From contig JBFMFX010000006.1 of NCBI GenBank assembly GCA_040752005.1, positions 10,539 to 74,538 of the forward strand: a DNA stretch of 64,000 nt, written 5' to 3'. Shown here one piece after another: positions 31,427 through 46,183 of the stretch. A program made the translations under genes and the position numbers. Numbering within the stretch: the first letter of the stretch is position 1; each line of letters begins with the position of its first letter. The notes beneath the pieces were generated by a model. The model was not told the DNA's origin and searched no databases. It saw only the letters and a list, made by a program, of their open reading frames with translations. This DNA is from Pseudomonadota bacterium (GTDB taxonomy: Bacteria > Pseudomonadota > Gammaproteobacteria > Burkholderiales > SG8-39).

Positions 31427-33262
31427 TCAGGCGGCGAGCTGCTGGCGCATGCGGCTGCGGCGCGCGTCCAGCGTCTGCGGCACGCGGGCTCCCAGACGCG
31501 AGAACAGCTCGTCGTGTGACTTCAACTCCTCGGCCCAGGCGCGCTCATCCACCCTGGTGATCTCGTCGAATCGCGCGCGGTCGAACTCGAGCCCCCGCCA
31601 GTCGAGATCCTCGTAGCGCGGAATGATGCCAAGCGGGGTTTCCACACCCGCGCCGCGCCCGGCCGAGCGCTCCACGATCCATTTCAGCACGCGCATGTTC
31701 TCCGAGAACCCTGGCCAGATGAAGCGACCGGCGGCGTCCTTGCGAAACCAGTTGACGCGGAAGATGCGGGGCGGCTGCGCCACCGAGCGCCCCATCTTCA
31801 GCCAGTGAGTGAAATAGTCGCCCATGTGATACCCGCAGAAGGCAAGCATCGCCATCGGATCGCGCCGCACCACGCCCACCTTGCCGGTGATCGCGGCGGT
31901 CGTCTCCGAGCCGAGCGTCGCGCCCATATAGACGCCCTCTTCCCAGCCCGGCGCCTCGACGACGAGCGGGATGGTGCTGGAACGGCGGCCGCCGAAGACA
32001 AACGCCGACACCGGCACTCCGCTCGGGTCCTCCCACGCCGGGTCAATCGAGGGACACTGCGCGGCGGCGACCGTGAAGCGCGCGTTCGGATGCGCTGCCG
32101 GGCGGCCGCAGTCTGGCCTCCACTCGCGCCCCTGCCAGTCAAGCAGCAGGGGCGGCGGCGTCTTGGTCATGTCCTCCCACCACACGTCGCCCTCTGGGGT
32201 AAGCGCGACGTTGGTGAAGATGACGTTGGCGCGCAGCATTCGCATCGCGTTCGGGTTGGTCGCCTCGGAAGTGCCGGGCGCCACACCGAAGACCCCCGCT
32301 TCCGGGTTGATGGCGTAGAAGCGCCCGTCCGGGCCCGGCTTGATCCACGCGATGTCCTCCCCGATCGTCGTCACCTTCCAGCCGGGGAGCGTCGCGGGCG
32401 GGATCAGCATCGCGAAATTGGTCTTGCCGCAGGCGCTCGGGAAGGCGGCGGTGACGTAGTGCTTCTCGCCCGCCGGGGATTCGACGCCGAGGATCAGCAT
32501 GTGCTCGGCGAGCCAGCCCTCGTCGCGCGCCATCACCGACGCGATGCGCAGCGCAAGGCACTTTTTGCCGAGCAGCGCGTTGCCGCCATAGCCGGAGCCG
32601 TAGGACCAGATCTCGCGCGTCTCGGGAAAGTGGACGATCCACTTCTCGCGGTCGTTGCACGGCCAGGCGACGTCGCGCTCGCCCGGCACAAGAGGCGCGC
32701 CGACCGAATGCACGCAGGGCACGAAGTCGCCGTCCTCGCCCAGATGCTCCACCACCGCGCGGCCCATGCGCGTCATCAGCTTCATGTTGACCGCGACATA
32801 CGCCGAGTCGGTGAGCTCGACGCCTGCCTGCGCGATGTGCGAGCCGATCGGCCCCATCGAGAACGGGACCACGTACAGGGTGCGCCCGCGCATGCACCCG
32901 TCGAAGAGCCGCGCGAGCGTACGGCGCATCTCCTGCGGCTCGACCCAGTTGTTCGTCGGACCGGCATCTTCCTTCCTCGCCGAGCAGATGAAGGTCCGGT
33001 CCTCCATCCGCGCCACATCGTTCGGATGCGAGCGGGCGAGGTAGCTCCCCGGTCTGAGGTTTTCGTTCAGGCGCAAGAAGGTTCCCGAGCGCACCAGCTC
33101 GGCGCACAGGCGGTCATATTCCGCGAGCGAGCCGTCGCACCAGTGGATGCGCGCGGGCTTGGCGAGTCGAGCGATGCCCGCCACCCATTCGATCAGCCGG
33201 CGGTGGCGTACCCAGGGTGGCCGCGAAAGCGTCTCGGGGGTGGGCTCTCCGGGTTGCTGCAT
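31427..33262 (-). CDS. pckG: phosphoenolpyruvate carboxykinase (GTP)
   Basis: 611 aa from ATG 33262, with CAGGAGAA upstream. The N-terminus reads ...[37 protein letters not shown], and the kinase-1a motif is FPSACGKTN. The first 57 codons of the listed ORF are not conserved-looking and start inside the mnmE stop region. Confidence 0.9.
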   Translation of the reverse strand: MQQPGEPTPETLSRPPWVRHRRLIEWVAGIARLAKPARIHWCDGSLAEYDRLCAELVRSGTFLRLNENLRPGSYLARSHPNDVARMEDRTFICSARKEDAGPTNNWVEPQEMRRTLARLFDGCMRGRTLYVVPFSMGPIGSHIAQAGVELTDSAYVAVNMKLMTRMGRAVVEHLGEDGDFVPCVHSVGAPLVPGERDVAWPCNDREKWIVHFPETREIWSYGSGYGGNALLGKKCLALRIASVMARDEGWLAEHMLILGVESPAGEKHYVTAAFPSACGKTNFAMLIPPATLPGWKVTTIGEDIAWIKPGPDGRFYAINPEAGVFGVAPGTSEATNPNAMRMLRANVIFTNVALTPEGDVWWEDMTKTPPPLLLDWQGREWRPDCGRPAAHPNARFTVAAAQCPSIDPAWEDPSGVPVSAFVFGGRRSSTIPLVVEAPGWEEGVYMGATLGSETTAAITGKVGVVRRDPMAMLAFCGYHMGDYFTHWLKMGRSVAQPPRIFRVNWFRKDAAGRFIWPGFSENMRVLKWIVERSAGRGAGVETPLGIIPRYEDLDWRGLEFDRARFDEITRVDERAWAEELKSHDELFSRLGARVPQTLDARRSRMRQQLAA

Positions 33263-33278
33263 CGAGAAGGTTCTCCTG

Positions 33279-33311
33279 AACAAAAACGGCCCTGGGCTGC
33301 GCCCGGGGCCG
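33279..33311 (-). terminator. intrinsic terminator-like hairpin downstream of mnmE and inside the pckG upstream leader
   Basis: Minus strand: CGGCCCCGGGC-GCA-GCCCAGGGCCG (11-bp stem with one C/A mismatch and a 3-nt loop) followed by TTTTTGTT. It ends about 17 nt before the pckG ATG, directly abutting its ribosome-binding site. Confidence 0.65.
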
Positions 33312-33429
33312 GGATCGGTCTGGGGTGGCCATTCTATACCGCGCGCCCCTGCCGGGCACTGGCCGGCCGCAGTCGCCACACGCGCAAGTACCCAGCGGGG
33401 GTTGCGCCGAGGCGCCCGGCGCGCGGCGA

Positions 33430-34794
33430 TCACTTTCCGATGCAGAAGCGCGAAAAAATCTCGCCGAGCAGGTCTTCGGTGGTGAATTCTCCGGTGATCG
33501 CGCCAAGCGCCTGCTGGGCGAGGCGCAATTCCTCGGCGAACAGCTCCCAGCGGCTTTCCTGCCGCGCCGCTTCGGCAAGATGCGTTCGCGCGCGCTCCAG
33601 CGCCCGCAGGTGCCGCTCGCGGGCCAGATACACTGACTCGCCGCTCCTTGCCCAGCCGGCGGCCTCTAGCAGCGCCCGGCGCAGCAGCTCGAGCCCCTCT
33701 CCGGTTTTCGCCGACAGATACACCTCGCGTGGCTCGGTCTCGCGCAGCGCCGGAGAAACGCCGGCGAGGTCAATCTTGTTGAAGACGTGGATTCGGGTCG
33801 CGCCCGCCGGTAGCCGCTCCTCGAAGCGCGCCAGCACCGCGCGGTCCTCAGCTCCGATGCCGGTACCCGCCTCGAACACCGCGAGCACCACGTCGGCGCG
33901 CGCAAGCTCCTGCCAGGCGCGCTCGACGCCGATCCGCTCGACCTCGTCCACCGTCTCGCGCAGGCCGGCGGTGTCCACTACGTGCAGCGGCACCCCCTCG
34001 ACGAGGATGTCCTCGCGCAGCACGTCACGCGTGGTTCCGGGGATCGCGGTGACGATGGCGCGCTCCTCGCCGGCGAGGCGATTGAGCAGGCTCGACTTGC
34101 CGACGTTCGGCCGGCCGGCGATCACGACATGAATCCCCGCGCGCAGCAGGCTCCCCTGCCGGCTGCGCGCGAGAACGTCCTCGAGCTGCGCGCGCACCGC
34201 GGCAAGCCGAGCGCGCGCATCGTCTCGATCGAGCGCGTCCACTTCCTCTTCGGGGAAGTCGAGCATCGCCTCGGTGAGCGCACGCAGCTCGGTGAGCCCG
34301 CTGGCGAGGGCGTGGATCGCGCGTGAGAACTCCCCCGCGAGCGAGCGCAGCGCCGAGCGCGCGGCCTCGTTGCTTGCGGCGTCGATCAGGTCTGCGACCG
34401 CCTCGGCCTGAGCCAGGTCGAGCTTGCCGTTCAGAAAAGCGCGCCGCGTGTACTCTCCCGGTTCGGCGAGGCGCGCGCCGGCGTCGAGGAAGGCGCGCAG
34501 CAGCGCATGCAGCACCACCGGGCCGCCGTGCCCGTGGAACTCGAGCACGTGCTCTCCGGTGTACGAATGCGGCGCCGGAAAATAGAGCGCGATGCCCTGA
34601 TCCAGGGGCTCGCCCGCCGTGCCGCGCGCAGTCCTCAGGCTCGCCCGGCGCGGCTCGGGCAGCCCGCCGAGCACCGCCCTGGCGATGTCCGGCACCGCCG
34701 GTCCGGAAAGGCGCAGCACGCCGATGCCGGAGCGGCCCGGCGGTGTCGCGATCGCGGCGATGGTGTCCGGAACCGGAGTGTCAGCGCCGGGCAT
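33430..34794 (-). CDS. mnmE: tRNA modification GTPase MnmE (TrmE)
   Basis: 454 aa with [22 protein letters not shown], the G1 motif [12 protein letters not shown] and the C-terminal CIGK. The start overlaps the yidC 3' end by 14 nt. Confidence 0.95.
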   Translation of the reverse strand: MPGADTPVPDTIAAIATPPGRSGIGVLRLSGPAVPDIARAVLGGLPEPRRASLRTARGTAGEPLDQGIALYFPAPHSYTGEHVLEFHGHGGPVVLHALLRAFLDAGARLAEPGEYTRRAFLNGKLDLAQAEAVADLIDAASNEAARSALRSLAGEFSRAIHALASGLTELRALTEAMLDFPEEEVDALDRDDARARLAAVRAQLEDVLARSRQGSLLRAGIHVVIAGRPNVGKSSLLNRLAGEERAIVTAIPGTTRDVLREDILVEGVPLHVVDTAGLRETVDEVERIGVERAWQELARADVVLAVFEAGTGIGAEDRAVLARFEERLPAGATRIHVFNKIDLAGVSPALRETEPREVYLSAKTGEGLELLRRALLEAAGWARSGESVYLARERHLRALERARTHLAEAARQESRWELFAEELRLAQQALGAITGEFTTEDLLGEIFSRFCIGK

Positions 34795-36439
34795 GAGCCG
34801 GCTTGTCGCGCTCGAACATGCGCTGGATCTGCCACTGCTGGAGGATGGACAAGATGTTGTTCACCAACCAGTACAGCACCAGGCCCGCCGGGAAGAAGAA
34901 GAAGAACACGCTAAAGACATACGGCATGAACTGCATCACCTTCGCCTGCACCGGGTCCGGCGGCGGCGGGTTCATCCGCGTCTGGATCACCATCGTGATC
35001 GTCATCAGCACCGGCAGCACATAGTACGGGTCGAGCGCCGAGAGGTCCTTGATCCACAGGATGAAGGGGGCGTGGCGCAGCTCGATCGCGGCGAGCAGCA
35101 CCCAGTACAGGGCGATGAACACCGGGATCTGCACCAGAATCGGCAGGCAGCCGCCGAGCGGATTGATCTTCTCGGTCTTGTAAAGCTCCATCATCGCCTG
35201 GTTCATCTTGGCGCGGTCGTGCTCGTACATCTCGCGGATGCGCTGCAGCCGTGGCGTCACCAGTTTCATCTTCGCCATGGACTTGTAGCTCGCCGCCGAG
35301 AGCGGAAAGAAGATCACCTTGATGAGCACCGTGAGCAGGATGATCGCCACACCCCAGTTGCCCGACCACTGGTAGAAGAACTCCAGCACCGCGAACAGCG
35401 GCCAGGCGATGATCGTGAGCCAGCCGTAGTCCACCACCAGGTCAAGGCCCGGTGCCGCCGCCTTCAGCCGCCGCTGCTCCTGCGGCCCGGCGTAGAGCGC
35501 CGTGCTCACGCGCTGGCGCGCGCCCGGCTCGACCGCCGGCAAAGGCAGGATCGCGCCCGCGGCATACAGACCGTCCGGGAGCCTGCGCGCGTAGTACTCG
35601 CGCGGCGCCTGATCCGGCGGCAGCCAAGCGGCGACGAAATAGTGCTGCACCATGGCGATCCAGCCGTCGCGCGCCTGCTTCGGATAGTCCGCCTTGTCCT
35701 TGTCGAGGTCGGAAAACTCGATCTTCCTGTACGCCCTCTCGGCCGTATAGACCGCCGGACCGGTGAACGTGTACATCATGGCGGTCTCGCCGGCCGGAGT
35801 GCGGCCATCGCGCACCAGCTGAAAATAGGCGTGGCCCGCGACCGCCGCGGTGCCGCCGTTGGCGACTTCGAAAGCGACGTCGATCACGTAGCTGTCGCGC
35901 CGGAAAGTGTAGATTTTCTCCACCGTCACCCCGGGCGGGCCGTCGGCCACCAGGCGCAGTTCGAGCGCCTGCGCGCCCGCCGCCAGCTCGCGCTCGCCCG
36001 GCAGCGCCCGCCATTGCACCCTGTGGTTGGGCAGCCCTTCCCCGATCAGGCCGCTTTGCGCGCCGTACTGGTGATCCGGGCCGAACAGCACGAAGTTCTT
36101 CTTCGGATCCACGGTGTCCTTGTGCGCCAGAAGCTCCAGCCTGCGGATGCCGCCGCCGAAGGTGTCCACCTCGGCGACGTACAGGTCGGTGCGCACGGTG
36201 ATGACCTCGCCCTTCGCCGGCGCAGGCCTCGCCCCCGGAACTGCCGGCGCGGGCGCACTGGCTCCCGCAGTGGGCTTCGGCTGCTCGGGCGCGGCCGGCA
36301 GCGCCGGGGCCGGAACGCCCGCGGCGGGTTGCGAAGCCGGCGGCTGCGGCTTCGGCCGCCGCTCCTTTTCCCACGCATCCCACAGCAGCAGGAGCGAGAA
36401 GGTGAAGACGAAAAAGAGGATCAGCCGCTGGGTATCCAC
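34781..36439 (-). CDS. yidC: membrane protein insertase YidC
   Basis: 552 aa with an N-terminal TM helix, a large periplasmic domain and the conserved C-terminal core ([16 protein letters not shown]-type segment). Confidence 0.95.
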   Translation of the reverse strand: MDTQRLILFFVFTFSLLLLWDAWEKERRPKPQPPASQPAAGVPAPALPAAPEQPKPTAGASAPAPAVPGARPAPAKGEVITVRTDLYVAEVDTFGGGIRRLELLAHKDTVDPKKNFVLFGPDHQYGAQSGLIGEGLPNHRVQWRALPGERELAAGAQALELRLVADGPPGVTVEKIYTFRRDSYVIDVAFEVANGGTAAVAGHAYFQLVRDGRTPAGETAMMYTFTGPAVYTAERAYRKIEFSDLDKDKADYPKQARDGWIAMVQHYFVAAWLPPDQAPREYYARRLPDGLYAAGAILPLPAVEPGARQRVSTALYAGPQEQRRLKAAAPGLDLVVDYGWLTIIAWPLFAVLEFFYQWSGNWGVAIILLTVLIKVIFFPLSAASYKSMAKMKLVTPRLQRIREMYEHDRAKMNQAMMELYKTEKINPLGGCLPILVQIPVFIALYWVLLAAIELRHAPFILWIKDLSALDPYYVLPVLMTITMVIQTRMNPPPPDPVQAKVMQFMPYVFSVFFFFFPAGLVLYWLVNNILSILQQWQIQRMFERDKPAHARR

Positions 36440-36454
36440 TTGCTTGCGTCCTTC

Positions 36455-36679
36455 CTAGCGCCGCGCGGGCGGCACCGGGTCGTAGCCGCCGGGATGCCAC
36501 GGCGCACAGCGGCACAGCCGCCTTGCGCTCAGCCACAGGCCGCGCAGCGCGCCATGGCGGGCAAGTGCTTCCTCCGCATACGCCGAGCAGCTCGGGTGGA
36601 AGCGGCAAGAGGGTCCGAGCATCGGGCTCAGGAAGTATCGGTACGCGCGCACCGCGAGCCGCAGCAGGCGCGCGATCAT
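36455..36679 (-). CDS. yidD: membrane protein insertion efficiency factor YidD
   Basis: 74 aa from ATG 36679 with [27 protein letters not shown]. The start overlaps the rnpA stop (ATGA). The listed 119-aa ORF is over-extended. Confidence 0.85.
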   Translation of the reverse strand: MIARLLRLAVRAYRYFLSPMLGPSCRFHPSCSAYAEEALARHGALRGLWLSARRLCRCAPWHPGGYDPVPPARR

Positions 36680-37032
36680 CGGGCCAGCTCGCTGAACAGC
36701 GCGCGCAGCCTGGCGAGCGCTTCCGGACCCGGCTTCATGCCGTACGGCGGCCTTACCAGCACATCGAGCGCCCCGAGCCGGGCTTGCTCGAGCCGGAAGG
36801 CCTCGCGAATGCATCGTTTGATCTGATTGCGCACTGTCGCTTTCGCCGCATGCCGGCGCGACACGAGGATCCCGAGCCGCGGCGGCCCGGCCTCGCGCCG
36901 CACAGTGTAGAAAACAAATCCCTGCCGGGTACTGCGCCTGCCCTGCCTCAGCAGCGCTTCGAACGCGCCACTTCCGCGCAGGCGATGCTGCGGGCCGAGT
37001 CCGAGCCGTGCTCGCGCCGCTCGCCTGCGCAC
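36676..37032 (-). CDS. rnpA: ribonuclease P protein component
   Basis: 118 aa with a GTG start 14 nt after the rpmH stop. The protein is basic, and the RNR-like motif region is [17 protein letters not shown]. Confidence 0.85.
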   Translation of the reverse strand: MRRRAARARLGLGPQHRLRGSGAFEALLRQGRRSTRQGFVFYTVRREAGPPRLGILVSRRHAAKATVRNQIKRCIREAFRLEQARLGALDVLVRPPYGMKPGPEALARLRALFSELAR

Positions 37033-37046
37033 GCCGGCGCGGCGGC

Positions 37047-37181
37047 TTACACCGCGAGACGCTTGCGGCCCTTCGCCCGGCGCGCGCGCAGCACCGCGCG
37101 CCCGCCGCGGGTCTGCTTGCGCGCGAGAAACCCGTGGCGCCGCGAACGGCGGATCTTGGAAGGCTGGTAGGTTCGCTTCAT
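37047..37181 (-). CDS. rpmH: 50S ribosomal protein L34
   Basis: Not in the ORF track because it is 44 aa. Hand translation gives [44 protein letters not shown], the canonical L34 sequence. Confidence 0.95.
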   Translation of the reverse strand: MKRTYQPSKIRRSRRHGFLARKQTRGGRAVLRARRAKGRKRLAV

Positions 37182-37210
37182 CGGCCCGCTCAGGTCCCGA
37201 AAGGGGCGGT

Positions 37211-37240
37211 ATTAGAGCCCGCGCCTCGGAGCGTTGTCAA
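37211..37240 (-). promoter_or_regulatory. putative sigma70 promoter of rpmH-rnpA-yidD-yidC-mnmE
   Basis: Minus strand: TTGACA (37240-37235), an 18-nt spacer, then TCTAAT (37216-37211), about 30 nt upstream of the rpmH ATG. Confidence 0.5.
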
Positions 37241-37265
37241 ATGCCCTGCCGCGCGGGCGTTTCCC

Positions 37266-37274
37266 TGTGGATAT
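37266..37274. promoter_or_regulatory. DnaA box (8/9) in the dnaA upstream region
   Basis: TGTGGATAT is the reverse complement of ATATCCACA, compared with the consensus TTATCCACA. It overlaps a possible dnaA promoter, TGGATA-17 nt-TAAAAT (37268-37296). Confidence 0.55.
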
Positions 37275-37386
37275 CCCGCCGCGGCCGGAGTAAAATTCGC
37301 CTACGCGCGCGCTACTGCGCCGGCACCGCAAGACCACTCACACAAGAGCGCTCGAAAAGGTTCTCGACCCGGACGCCGCGAGGACG

Positions 37387-38706
37387 ATGCACACACTCTG
37401 GCATGCCTGCCTGCGCCGTCTGGAGCAGGAGCTGCCCGCCCAGCAGTTCAACACGTGGATACGGCCACTCGCGCCAGAAACCGACGCCGCCGAGCCGGGC
37501 GCGTTCGTGCTTGCCGCGCCGAACCGCTTCGTGCTGGAGATGGTGCGCGAGCGTTTCGCCGCGCGCATCGGCCGGCTCCTGGAGGAAGCAAGCGGCCGCG
37601 AAACGCTGGTGAAAGTGGTGCTCGCGCGGCCCGCGGAGAACGGCGTGCGGCTGGCCCCGGCCGCGGCGGCGGCGCCCGCCGCCGAGCGCGCACAGTTCAA
37701 CCGCCAGTTCAGCTTCGAAAACTTCGTCACCGGCAAGGCGAACCAGCTCGCGCGCGCCGCGGCGCTGCAGGTGGCGGAAAATCCTGGCATCTCCTACAAC
37801 CCGCTTTTCATTTACGGCGGCGTCGGTCTCGGCAAGACGCACCTGCTGCTCGCGATCGGCAACCACGTGAGCAGCCGGCGTCCCCAAGCGAAGATCCGTT
37901 ACACCCATGCCGAGCAGTACGTCACCGACGTGGTGCGCGCCTACCAGCAGAAGTCGTTCGAGGAGTTCAAGCGCTACTACCACTCGCTCGATCTGCTGCT
38001 GATTGACGACATCCAGTTCTTCTCCAACAAGGATCGCACACAGGAGGAATTCTTCTACGCGTTCAACGCGCTGGTCGAGGCGCACCGCCAGATCGTGATC
38101 ACCTGCGACACGTATCCGAAGGACATCGTCGGCATGCAGGAACGGCTGATCTCGCGCTTCGGCTGGGGTCTCACGGTCGCGATCGAACCGCCGGAGCTCG
38201 AGATGCGGGTGGCGATCGTGCTGAAGAAGGCCGAGGCCGAGGCGGTCGCGCTGCCCGAGGACATCGCCTTCTTCATCGCCAAGCACATCCGCTCGAACGT
38301 GCGCGAACTGGAGGGAGCGCTAAAGAAGGTGCTTGCCTTCGCCCGCTTCAGCGGGCGCGAGCTGACGCTGGAACTGGCGCGCGAGGCGCTGCGCGACATC
38401 CTTCATGTCGCCAATCGCCAGATCACGGTCGAAGCAATTCAGAAGACCGTGGCGGAGTACTACAAGATCAAGGTGTCCGACATGCACTCCAAGCGCCGCA
38501 CCCGCAACCTCGCGCGCCCGCGCCAGGTGGCGATGGCGCTTGCCAAGGATCTCACCCACATGAGCCTGCCCGAGATTGGCGAGGCCTTCGGCAACCGCGA
38601 CCACACGACCGTGCTGCACGCTTGCCGCACCATCGCTGCGCTGCGCAAGAGCGATCCGGCGCTCAATCGTGATTACCACGTCCTCGAACAGATCCTCAAG
38701 GGATAG
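37387..38706 (+). CDS. dnaA: chromosomal replication initiator protein DnaA
   Basis: 439 aa with an N-terminus of the type [25 protein letters not shown], Walker [12 protein letters not shown], and a C-terminal DNA-binding domain (...[12 protein letters not shown]). Confidence 0.97.
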   Translation: MHTLWHACLRRLEQELPAQQFNTWIRPLAPETDAAEPGAFVLAAPNRFVLEMVRERFAARIGRLLEEASGRETLVKVVLARPAENGVRLAPAAAAAPAAERAQFNRQFSFENFVTGKANQLARAAALQVAENPGISYNPLFIYGGVGLGKTHLLLAIGNHVSSRRPQAKIRYTHAEQYVTDVVRAYQQKSFEEFKRYYHSLDLLLIDDIQFFSNKDRTQEEFFYAFNALVEAHRQIVITCDTYPKDIVGMQERLISRFGWGLTVAIEPPELEMRVAIVLKKAEAEAVALPEDIAFFIAKHIRSNVRELEGALKKVLAFARFSGRELTLELAREALRDILHVANRQITVEAIQKTVAEYYKIKVSDMHSKRRTRNLARPRQVAMALAKDLTHMSLPEIGEAFGNRDHTTVLHACRTIAALRKSDPALNRDYHVLEQILKG

Positions 38707-38743
38707 CGGCGATGCACAAGCTGTGCGTCGGCGCTGGAAGGAT

Positions 38744-38873
38744 TGTGGACAAGCACGCCGCGCCGGCGCCGGACGGATTCGACGCACATTCACCCACAGC
38801 GCCGTCCACAGGCTGCGCAGCGCCGCGGCACCGGCAAGCGCCCGTCGCAATTGGCTTATCGAAGTTGTCCAGA
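38744..38873. other. DnaA-box cluster in the dnaA-dnaN spacer (candidate oriC or part of it)
   Basis: There are four 9-mers. TGTGGACAA (38744-38752, reverse complement TTGTCCACA) matches 8/9. TCACCCACA (38790-38798) matches 7/9. CCGTCCACA (38802-38810) matches 6/9. TTGTCCAGA (38865-38873) matches 7/9. An AT-richer tract follows at 38877-38920. Confidence 0.4.
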
Positions 38874-38920
38874 GAAGACGGCCTCTCTACTAGCTTCTAC
38901 CAAGAAGAAGAGGAACATCA

Positions 38921-40027
38921 ATGATCCTCGTAAAGGCGAAACGCGACGAGCTGCTCGCGCCGCTCGCGGCCGTGAGCAGCATCATCGAGCGCCGCCACAC
39001 GCTGCCGATCCTGTCCAACGTGCTGATCGAGCGCGGCGCGGGCGTGCTCTCGTTCCTTGCCACCGACATCGAGATCCAGATCACGGCGCGGGCGCATCTG
39101 GAGGTCTCGGGCGAGGCGCGCGCGGTGACCGTCGGCGCGCGCAAGCTCGTGGACATCCTGCGCGCGCTGCCGGAGGACGCGGAGGTGACGCTGCAGCAGC
39201 AGGACAAGCGCCTGCAGGTGAAGTCCGGCAGGAGCCGCTTCACGCTGCAGACGCTCGCGCCCGATGACTTCCCGCGCCTCGCCAACCCCGCCGGCGAGGT
39301 GGCGCGGCTCGCGCTTTCGCAGAGCGCGCTCAGGCGGCTGATCGGGTTGGTGCAGTACGCGATGGCCCAGCAGGACATCCGCTACTACCTCAACGGGCTG
39401 CTGATGGTGGTGGACTCTGGCGAGCTGCGGTTGGTGGCCACCGACGGCCACCGGCTCGCGTATGCGGCGATGGCGCTGGAGGCGAAGCTGCCGCGGCAGG
39501 AGGCGATCGTGCCGCGCAAGACGGTGCTCGAGCTCGCCAAGCTCCTTGCCGACAGCGACGAGGAGGTTCGCGTCGAGCTTTCCGGCACGCAGGCGGCCTT
39601 CTCGTTCGGCTCGATCGAGCTGGTGTCCAAGCTCATTGACGGCAAGTTTCCCGACTACACGCGCGTGATTCCGACGGGCAACCGCAACCTCCTGACGGTC
39701 GCGCGCGAACCGCTGCGGCAGGCGCTGCTGCGCGCGGCCATCCTGTCGAACGAGAAGTTCCGCGGCGTGCGGCTGGTGCTCGGCGACGGCACCCTCAGGG
39801 TCGTCTCCTCCAACACCGACCAGGAGGAGGCCGAGGAGACGCTCGAGGTCACCTACCGCGGCGATCCGCTCGACATCGGGTTCAACGTCAACTACCTGCT
39901 CGACGTGCTGAACAACGTCGCCGCCCCCGAGGTGCAGTGCGCCTTCGGCGACGCCGCCTCCAGCGCGCTGCTGGAGTTCTCCTCCGAGCCGCAGTTCCGC
40001 TACGTCGTTATGCCGATGCGCATCTAG
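38921..40027 (+). CDS. dnaN: DNA polymerase III beta sliding clamp
   Basis: 368 aa, with position after dnaA and sequence (ERRHTLPILSNVLIE ... MPMRI) typical of the family. Confidence 0.97.
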   Translation: MILVKAKRDELLAPLAAVSSIIERRHTLPILSNVLIERGAGVLSFLATDIEIQITARAHLEVSGEARAVTVGARKLVDILRALPEDAEVTLQQQDKRLQVKSGRSRFTLQTLAPDDFPRLANPAGEVARLALSQSALRRLIGLVQYAMAQQDIRYYLNGLLMVVDSGELRLVATDGHRLAYAAMALEAKLPRQEAIVPRKTVLELAKLLADSDEEVRVELSGTQAAFSFGSIELVSKLIDGKFPDYTRVIPTGNRNLLTVAREPLRQALLRAAILSNEKFRGVRLVLGDGTLRVVSSNTDQEEAEETLEVTYRGDPLDIGFNVNYLLDVLNNVAAPEVQCAFGDAASSALLEFSSEPQFRYVVMPMRI

Positions 40028-44997
<4,970 letters not shown>

Positions 44998-45076
44998 GGG
45001 CGCAGGCAGAAAAGGGCGGCAGAATACCCGCAAAGAACGCCGGCTTACAACCGCCGCGCGCCGGAGCGGTGCGGGC

Positions 45077-46180
45077 TCAGGAGAGGCGTTGGTAAAGGCC
45101 GCCGGGAAGCACCGCGACGCGGCCGGCGAGCTCCAGGCGCAGCAATTCGGCGGCAACGCGCTCGGCGGCAAGCCCGGCGCGCTCGCACAGCGAATCCACG
45201 TCGATCGGCTCGAAACCCATGTGCGCCAGCAGCGGGCCGTCGTCGGCTGCGGCCGCGGGCGCCGGGCGCTCCTCGGCGCCGCCGGCGCGCAGTTGTGGCA
45301 GCTCGGCGAACACGTCTTCTGCCGACTCGACCAGCTTCGCTCCGGACTTGATGAGCGCGTGGCAGCCTTTGCTGAGCGGGGAATGGATCGAGCCGGGCAG
45401 CGCGAACACCTCACGGCCCTGCTCGGCGGCGATGCGCGCGGTGATCAGAGAGCCCGAGCCGATCGCGGCTTCGATGACGAGGCAGCCGCGCGCGAGGCCG
45501 CTGATCAGGCGGTTGCGGCGCGGGAAGTTGTGCGCGTGCGCGGGTGTGCCGAGCGGAAATTCGGACGCGACCAGGCCGCGCGCGGCGATCTGCTCGGCGA
45601 GCGCCGCGTTGGCCACCGGATAGACGAGGTCGGCCCCGGTGCCGAGGATCGCGATCGTCGAACCCGGACCCGCGAGCGCGCCGCGGTGCGCCGCGGCGTC
45701 AATGCCTTGCGCGAGTCCGGACACGATCGTGATGCCGGCGGCGCTGAAGGCGCGCGCAAAGCTCTCGGCGTCGCGCCGGCCCTGGGCCGTCGCGTTGCGG
45801 CTGCCCACGATCGCGAGCGCCGCGCTGGCGAGCAGCTCGGTGCGGCCGCGGCAGTACAGCACCGGAGGCGGGTCGGGGATTTCCAGGAGCAGTCGCGGAT
45901 AGGCCGTGTCGGCGAGCGTGAGCAGCTCCCGGCCGGGCGCGGCGAGCCAGGCGAGCGCGCGCTCGGTCGCCTCGGTGACCGCCGGCGAATGCAGCGCATC
46001 GAGCGCTTCGGCGGCAACGTGGCGCGCCAGCTCGGCGCGCCGCGCCGCGAGCACGCGCTCGGGCAGCCCGAATTCCTTGAGCAGCCTGCGCAGCGTCGCT
46101 GACCCGAGGCCGGGCGTGAGCGTGAGCCGCAGCCAGCCGGCCAGCTCGGGGCCGCGCGCCATGCGCGTCGCCAGGCGCAA
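45077..46180 (-). CDS. dprA: DNA-processing protein DprA (Smf)
   Basis: 367 aa with IVGSRNATAQG...IVSGLAQGIDAAAHRGAL. Position opposite def-fmt fits. The start could instead be M7. Confidence 0.9.
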   Translation of the reverse strand: MRLATRMARGPELAGWLRLTLTPGLGSATLRRLLKEFGLPERVLAARRAELARHVAAEALDALHSPAVTEATERALAWLAAPGRELLTLADTAYPRLLLEIPDPPPVLYCRGRTELLASAALAIVGSRNATAQGRRDAESFARAFSAAGITIVSGLAQGIDAAAHRGALAGPGSTIAILGTGADLVYPVANAALAEQIAARGLVASEFPLGTPAHAHNFPRRNRLISGLARGCLVIEAAIGSGSLITARIAAEQGREVFALPGSIHSPLSKGCHALIKSGAKLVESAEDVFAELPQLRAGGAEERPAPAAAADDGPLLAHMGFEPIDVDSLCERAGLAAERVAAELLRLELAGRVAVLPGGLYQRLS

Positions 46181-46183
46181 GGG

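Noticed and set aside
44998-45414. N-terminal extensions implied by the ORF track (topoisomerase 986 aa, pckG 668 aa, TauE 391 aa, RR 280 aa, FAH 302 aa, yidD 119 aa, LysM 375 aa, MFS from 57925, mnmG from 30072)
   Set aside because: In each case the conserved family N-terminus starts at an internal ATG or GTG with a plausible ribosome-binding site. The extension is Arg/Pro-rich and overlaps a neighbouring gene or a parS site.
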